DNA of 61,913 nucleotides, the filler included, from Streblomastix strix (taxonomy: Eukaryota), in assembly GCA_008636045.1 (NCBI GenBank). It is 4 parts of 4 records of this genome, joined end to end, with 100 filler letters (N's around TTAATTAATTAA, not from the genome) between each part and the next. Parts side by side here need not be neighbours in the genome. Positions count along the whole stretch, not along the records: positions 46,513 to 61,913 come from SNRW01000993.1; 3 more parts are not named here. One strand, 5' to 3'. Below are positions 55,684 to 61,913 of this stretch, piece after piece. The position numbers were made by a program, and so were the translations under genes. Below the pieces are notes generated by a model. That model ran no database searches. It was not told the DNA's origin and was given only the letters and a program-made list of their open reading frames with translations. Positions within the stretch are counted from its first letter, which is position 1. Every line of letters begins with the position of its first letter.

Positions 55684-57548
55684 GTCGGGAGTTTTAAATT
55701 CTTCTTATTTAACGATGTTCCTGGTTCCAGATTTTCGTTGCTCCAGACAAGCATAAGGGATTGAGCTTTCTCGTTTACCAGTTCTATGTACCATATCTGG
55801 CCTGGCCATAGTGGAGCTATTACCATTGCTTCGATTTGCTCTTCTCTGATCTTCTTCAGAACTGCTGGATGGAGAGGGATAGGAGGATGAATCCATGGTA
55901 GTTCCTTCTTCCATGATTGATAAAGAGCGTCTGTAGCTATTTCTCCGTGTCCTCTTATTGTTAACATGAATCTTGGCAGTAGGTTATTGAAGTGTTGTGA
56001 AAATAAGTCTATTGTTGGATTCAAGTTCATCTGAAGACATGCCTATCGAAAAATCTTCTTCTTTAGTTTGTAGTCTCCTTCTCTTGATAATCTGCTTAGT
56101 GCGTCTGCTATTTCGTTTCTAACTCCTAGGAGGTGAGTAATCTGGATCTGAATTCCTAGTTTTTCTATTGTTTAGTGTACCTGTTTGATTTCCTTTATCA
56201 GTGATGTTGATGCTCTCCATTTCTTAAAATCGAAAACTGCTGTACTGTTATCGCTTCTGATCGCTAGGGATTGAACTCGCTAATTCTTTAAGGTTTTGGC
56301 GAAACTTCGTAGGCTTTAAGTTATAGCTTTGATTTCCCTGTTATTGCTTGATAACTTCGCTTATCTTTTATTCCAAGTTCCATGAGCCATCGCTATCATT
56401 TCCAGTTCTTTCTCCAATGTTGAACCCCATCCACTTGGTTCTGCATCTGTTGTCATTGTCATTTGTGGTAGTATCTATATTAATTGTGCTGGAATGTTCG
56501 CTCTGAGTTTCGCTATCCACCAATCTATATCTGGGATTGCCGTTTTATTCATTATCATTGTTGTATTCCATCCTCTCAGTCTTGCAGCTTATGCTTTCTG
56601 ATGGTCCATTGTGTTCAGGAAGAGAGAGGCTTCTTAGAATTACAGTCTTAGATAATTCAGTTTTCCTATTAGCTTCGCTGTCTATTTTACTGTTATTTCT
56701 ATTCCCGTCTTTATCCATCTTCTCATGTTGTATAAATCACGTAGAAGAAGTAAACGCTTCTTCGATTTCGTTTTAACTGTTGCGTTTGCTAGATTCCATT
56801 CCCATCCTAGAAATATTACTGTTTGATTCGGTTCTATCTCGCTCTTTTCCATGTTCATTGTGAATCCGAAATATTTCAGTGTATCTATTACTTTCTAAGT
56901 CATGTTCGTCAAGTATTACTTGTTCTGATGGAGGAGAAGGATGTCGTCGACGTAATTAATTATTCTGATCTCAGTTTTCATTCTTATTTGCTACATTATT
57001 GGTTACATTGCTGTTGCAAAGTATATTGGTGAGTGTTTGGTTCCAAATGGCATTGCTCAGTATGTGTAGTGGTTGTTTTGGAACTCGAAAGCTAGGTATG
57101 GTTGTGATTCTTTTTGGACTATTAGATGGTGAAATACGGAGGTGAGGTCCTTTGAAGTGCCCCAGTCCCCAGGTCTAATTGTCTGTTTTATATCGATCGA
57201 ATCGTGCATCTTGAAGTGGAAGTCTGCGATCTATTTTTTCAAAGTTTTTGCATCCAGTATCTTTCTCCATTTTTCGTTTGCTTTCTTTGTCATGAATGTC
57301 GGATTATATCATTTAATTTATTCCTTTTTGATCGGTATTACAATGTTCTTTTTCAATTTCTCTTCTAACATTATCTTGTATTCTTTTGCTTCTTCATCTG
57401 TTCCCCTAAATCTCATTATCTTTAATTAACGTTATAGGTTATTAATACTTTAATTATCTTTCCACTGGAGGGTAAATCCTTATTGGATAAAGTCTTTCAT
57501 GTTGATTGTTTCCCATTAACCCAAATATCTCGTTGTTTATCCTCCCAT
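55626..57548 (-). pseudogene. DIRS pol: reverse transcriptase + RNase H + DNA N6-adenine methyltransferase-like domain
   Basis: WRKILDAK, HFKMH, AMPFGTKHSP, INYVDDILLL, IFLGWEW; RNase H TTDAEPSGWG, SNNREIKA, RSDNSTAV, HLLGVRNEIADALSR; methylase TIDLFS...WIHPPIP...APLWPGQIWY. Two in-frame TGAs (K*YNPTF, Y*AMPFG). Confidence 0.92.
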
Positions 57549-57559
57549 TCTTGTCTAAT

Positions 57560-60500
57560 ATTTCTCTATTTTCCTTGTCGATTTCACGGTTCTCAAGATC
57601 TCTGCCATCCCTTCTTTCCTGGTCTCTTTCTTCCTCAGTCCAGCTAATCTGACTAGTCGGTCTCGGTATCGCGCTCTATTTCTATCTGGTTTTCGGAGTT
57701 AAATCCTTGTTTCTGTTTCTTGGATCCTACACTGGTCTTGTTGCCTTTGGAGCGTTTTGCGGACTTGTCTTCAGTAACTGGGGCTACATCTGCCTTTTTT
57801 CTCTGCTCCTACTGTAGTGTGAAGTGGTTAGAAGTGTCGGAGTTGGCTCTAGCTTCGGGACTCCCTAAGGACTTATTCGGTACGGACTTTAGTTAACCTG
57901 TTTTGCTTCTAGTTTCGTGTTCATTAACTTGTTGGGTCTTCTGTTTAAGTACTACAACTTTTCCTTTTACTTGACCTACTTCTGAAGGTGTGGTGATTAG
58001 AGGAGGTTGACCTTTGGGTTGAGAAGCGTTTGGATTTCTTGATTCTTATTCGGAATGGGTTGTGTGGGGTGATCCTATTTCCTCTGGTTTATTATTTAGA
58101 CTATCCTGTTTGTGTTAAATTTCGTTGCTAGGTCCTTGATTGTTTTGTTGTTGTCCTCTGATTCTATTATCATTTGCTTGTTCGTTATTGTCTTCATTGC
58201 CAGTGTTATCGATTGCCTGATGGTTTTCGTGTCCATTTACGTTGGTTGCTGCCTGTAACTGCGTCCCACAACCGTTTCCTCCGAGTCCATCTAATCCGTT
58301 TACATTGTGAGGTGGAGTGTTGGCGGATGTTTTTGTGATATTGATCTCGGGATTCGCTTCTCTGTTGACAGTGGCCTGTAACTGCGTCCCGCTGTCATTC
58401 TTTCTGAGATCATCGTTTCCGTTTGTGAAATGGTTGGGTTCAATTGTGAGCTCAGATTAGTCACTGTCTTCATTGTCGTCTGTTCCATCAGCTACGATTC
58501 ACTCTATTTTATTTGTTAATTATTCTTGGTCTTCGCTTTCTATTTCTGATTCTACGATTTGTTGTGCTGCGAGCGTGATTAAGTCTTTTACTGCTTCGGG
58601 TATTGATTGGTATATTTGGGGGTGTATGTTAGTGAATCCATCCATTCCATCACCGATGTTTAGTAATCCTGGGATGTATGATCCCCTTGGTAAGTTCGCC
58701 CATTTCTCAAGGTCATAAGTTCGTCAAAGACAATAGGGGACTACGCCCTAGCGTGCGTCCCCATCAAATTATTCCCATTGTTCTTCTGGAAAGTCCAGGT
58801 CTTTCGGTCAGGGAATTGGCGTCGGGTGATAGTTCTTAGGTGGATAGAAGAACATACGGCCTACCTTGTTTGGGTAATGTTTGTATTATCCTGGTAACAT
58901 AGTATCGGGTTTCTTCTTCCCTTCCTCAATAATTGGTTTCATTATTTCGTGGAACCTTTCAATTACTTCCATTAACCCCGCATATTGTTGTAATTTCAAT
59001 TTCTCTGGTTCTGGTTCCCTTTCCTTATATCCTCGTGGATTTCCAAGGGGAACCGCCCTTAATAAAGTTAGTGTCTCTTCTAATGAGGGTGATGATGAGT
59101 GTTATTGAGAGTGTGGTGAAGACAGTTTGTGAGGTGTATTGTGCTATGGACTTATGTAATTTAAGTCTATGTTTGGGTTTGCTTGAGTGTTCTAGTCAGA
59201 TTGTATGAGTGAAGTGGTATTTTCTCGTTCTAAACGCCTCTCTATTTAGTTTTCATTTACTTCTGGATCTTTTTCCATTTGCGACTGTTCTGGTTGGAAT
59301 TGTTATAGGTTCTTAGCCAATTATTACTTATCAAATTCGATCTATCCCTCTTTCTCCATTTGTCCGTGGCGTTCATCATCCTCCAACCAGTCTTCATCTC
59401 CATCGGTTCACAGAATCTCCTTGTTTCCTTTCCCTGTCCAGTCTTCTTATATTTCCTAGCTGCTACTGCTACTGCTACTACTGCTGCTACTACTACTGCT
59501 TTGTTTCTTTTTCGCTTCTGCATCAAAGATCTGTTCATCTAACCTCGGCCTTTTCAATCCCTTCCCATTGTCTATTGCCTGCTATTTCTCTCTTTCATAT
59601 ATTCTGACAGATTCATTTCTCTTAGACTTGTCATGAGGACTTTAGGACTTGTACTCTTTCGACAAATAGTGTGGTATGTTGATCTATTCCAATGAAAAGC
59701 CTGCGTCTGACCAGAACTCTCTCTCCAATCTTTAAATGTGAATGGTTTCTGGGTTGCCAGTTTGCTGTGCCACTTCAAGTTCTTGCATTTGATTACACTG
59801 GGATCTCATATTAAGTCATATCCCCTGTTTTACCATGCTCTCTGCGCCGTTTCTATGTCCTTCATGCGCGGTGGTAATTGTGGCATTGTCATTCCCGGTA
59901 TTATTGCATCCAGAAATTCATCAACTTCTGATTCGTCTGCTTTCTTATGTGGTGGAGATACTGACCTTTAACTCGGTCTTTGCTGTTGATTTCTTTCTGT
60001 AATGTAAGGTAGCAGTGGTATTCGAGGCGCTTGTTGTTACGGGTATGCTGGAATTGGTGAAATTAGTAGGTTTTGTACACTTCTGGCTGATGTTGTACTC
60101 TGTTGTGGCCTTTCGACAGTTTATGCTGCAGCTTGTTCCATCTGTTGACTTAGTTAGCTCGGATTTTGTTTCTTTCTTACGGTTTCATTACTTAGTAATC
60201 GAGGTTCGCTCATTTGTGTTTACGGTAGATTCACCGTTGGTAAAAAATGGTTTGGTGGTAGGATAGCTGTGAACTAAACTGGTTGAATTGGGTATTGCAT
60301 TGATTACCCCGAATATTGGAAAGGGTATTATAGTGATTATTATCCTTGCTTCTACTGTTGAGGGAGCTGGTTGTAAAATGGGTTCAGTGGTGGGTATGGA
60401 TTCAGGATCTATTGTTGTAATTGATTCAGTAGTGGTAAAAACGTAGTCAGTTGGGTTTCTGGTGTCGGTTTTCTGACTAGATCCTGAGCCCAGTCTGGTG

Positions 60501-61320
60501 GCATTATCTTTGATTTGCACCTAATCATGTCTATAACTTACTGCGCGGTCAGTTTCTTCAGATCCTAATCCAGTTCTCCTGTAAAGCCTACGATTCTCGT
60601 TAAAAACGTGTCTACAGAGGCCGGATGTGCTCCATCTGTCTGGGGTAATGCTCGTATTGACCTCAGCATTTGGTTGTTGTATGCTGGACGTATTACTGGT
60701 GACGGTTAAGTCTTCAGTAGGTTCCCTTGCTCTGTCGTGCCCATCAGCGCTCGCTTCATGTTCACCTTGTAAATCGTGTCGGGTATGTTTATGAACGTAC
60801 ACAGATTGAATTTCAGAGTTGATAACAAGTCTCGTTTTACAATCTAAGTCAATGTTCCCTATAGCAATCTGTACTGTTGCAGCAATTTCGTTTCTAGATC
60901 TGCGAGAACCTGGTCAAAAGCGAGCTTCTGTTGCACTGGTGGATTATTGTGTTTCGGCCGCTTTCTGCGCGTTACCAAGTCCGTGGCTGCTCTTGCGCGT
61001 TGTCTAGCCTCAATTACTTGCTCTTCTGACAGTTCCTCTGCGTAAAAACCGATTTGTGACTCTTCTTGTCCAGATAGCTCTGCCAAGAACACCCGTGCTG
61101 CTGCTACCGCGTTCGTCGGTAGTTCTTCTGGTGTTGCAATTGTTTAGTCTGGGTCCAGTGGATCTATCTCCAAGTTCTGGCGGAATGCGTTCACCAATGT
61201 CGGTTGCGGCTGCGCGGCGACCTGCAGCGGGTTTTACGGCACTAAGTTCGCGTAATTCGGTGTTTACTATAAATCTCTGCCCGTAGGTCGTTTGTTGGCG
61301 AAATTGTCCTAGCGCGTCAT
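57560..61320 (-). pseudogene. DIRS ORF1 (gag-like), unusually long, Pro/Gln/Ser-rich, several in-frame TGAs
   Basis: ATG at 61320 (MTRQDNFANKRPTGRDLQQTPNYANLVPQNPLQV...) stays open under code 6 for ~500 codons to a TGA near 59807. Coding-like sequence continues to the pol start; poly-Ser at ~59460-59500. Confidence 0.65.
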
Positions 61321-61341
61321 CCTTTCTTTTGCAGTTTTTAA

Positions 61342-61448
61342 AATGGCCACCCCATTGTAAACATTGTTAGGGGTATGTCCAGAAGAATCACTTCAAATAG
61401 TTGATGGCAATCACACAATAAAGGTGAAGTTGTTGAATATGATATATA
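61342..61448. repeat. DIRS inverted terminal repeat, right (5' end of element)
   Basis: Reverse complement of 53775-53882, followed by a unique ~35-nt extension to 61483 that is mirrored in the ICR. Confidence 0.9.
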
Positions 61449-61700
61449 CACTCCTCAATTGCCAAAGTGGGACTATTGGTAATAAACGTCTAAAATTTTC
61501 TAATTTGAATTTCAATCTTCACAAGAAATATTTTTTTATATTGTTAATTAAAAAATATACAGTTATAGTTAAAGTTGTTATTTTAGTAATTTTAAATAAA
61601 ATTTAATAACAAATTATAATTAATATTCATTCGCGCATAAAATTCAATTTTGTACATTATTTAAACATGAAATATATTTTTTTAATATATATTTTTAATT

Positions 61701-61704
<4 letters not shown>

Positions 61705-61742
<38 letters not shown>
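61705..61742. repeat. (AT)n microsatellite
   Basis: Perfect AT dinucleotide run of about 19 units. Confidence 0.9.
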
Positions 61743-61744
<2 letters not shown>

Positions 61745-61913
61745 CATTATTTTTTCAATATACTTACGTTTAAACTTAGTTGAATATTTTAAATATAAAA
61801 TAAATTTAATAATTAATATCTCATTACGCGACACCTAAAATTTAGTTTTATTATATAATAATTTTTAAATTTTTGTTTCATATTTACAGATACAATTATT
61901 CAATATGCGCCGT

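Larger units (their letters stand above)
53766..61483 (-). mobile_element. DIRS1-like tyrosine-recombinase retrotransposon, structurally complete (~7.7 kb), ORF1 and pol with premature TGAs
   Basis: Inverted terminal repeats, an internal complementary region matching both ends, ORF1, RT-RNaseH-methylase and overlapping YR in DIRS order; GC content clearly above the flanks. Confidence 0.95.

Noticed and set aside
54606..57548. RT + methylase + recombinase as a novel prokaryotic retron, DGR or defence system
   Set aside because: Domain order, overlapping ORFs, ITRs and ICR are those of known DIRS1 retroelements, and the ORFs use the host code.

Overview
Very AT-rich eukaryotic DNA, not prokaryotic. 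The window is four unrelated contigs of about 15.4 kb (1-15405, 15506-30909, 31010-46412, 46513-61913) joined by artificial N44-TTAATTAATTAA-N44 linkers. Genes only read through if TAA/TAG encode Gln and TGA is the sole stop (translation table 6), so the supplied ORF track is mostly misleading. That code, dense short GT-AG introns, axonemal genes and expanded kinase/SPRY families fit an oxymonad such as Streblomastix (inference, not proven). Host genes: CFAP206, a probable SPAG17/PF6, three related kinases, a NEK-coiled coil-SPRY gene, a HECT E3 fragment and a CFAP61 fragment. Mobile DNA: a structurally complete 7.7-kb DIRS retroelement (ITRs, ICR, long ORF1, RT-RNaseH-adenine methylase, tyrosine recombinase), a Sola2-like transposase, an hAT transposase split by a ~7.3-kb insert, a Polinton DNA polymerase relic and Tc1/mariner-type MITEs. 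The most notable pattern is that transposase-less TIR elements with different end types carry gene cargo: NAD(P) transhydrogenase beta (GAG...CTC ends, ATAT TSD), isoleucyl-tRNA synthetase plus other fragments (GG...CC ends, TTAA-like site), and possibly Polinton PolB. All homology calls come from manual translation and remembered motifs; no search was run. Pseudogene boundaries are approximate.
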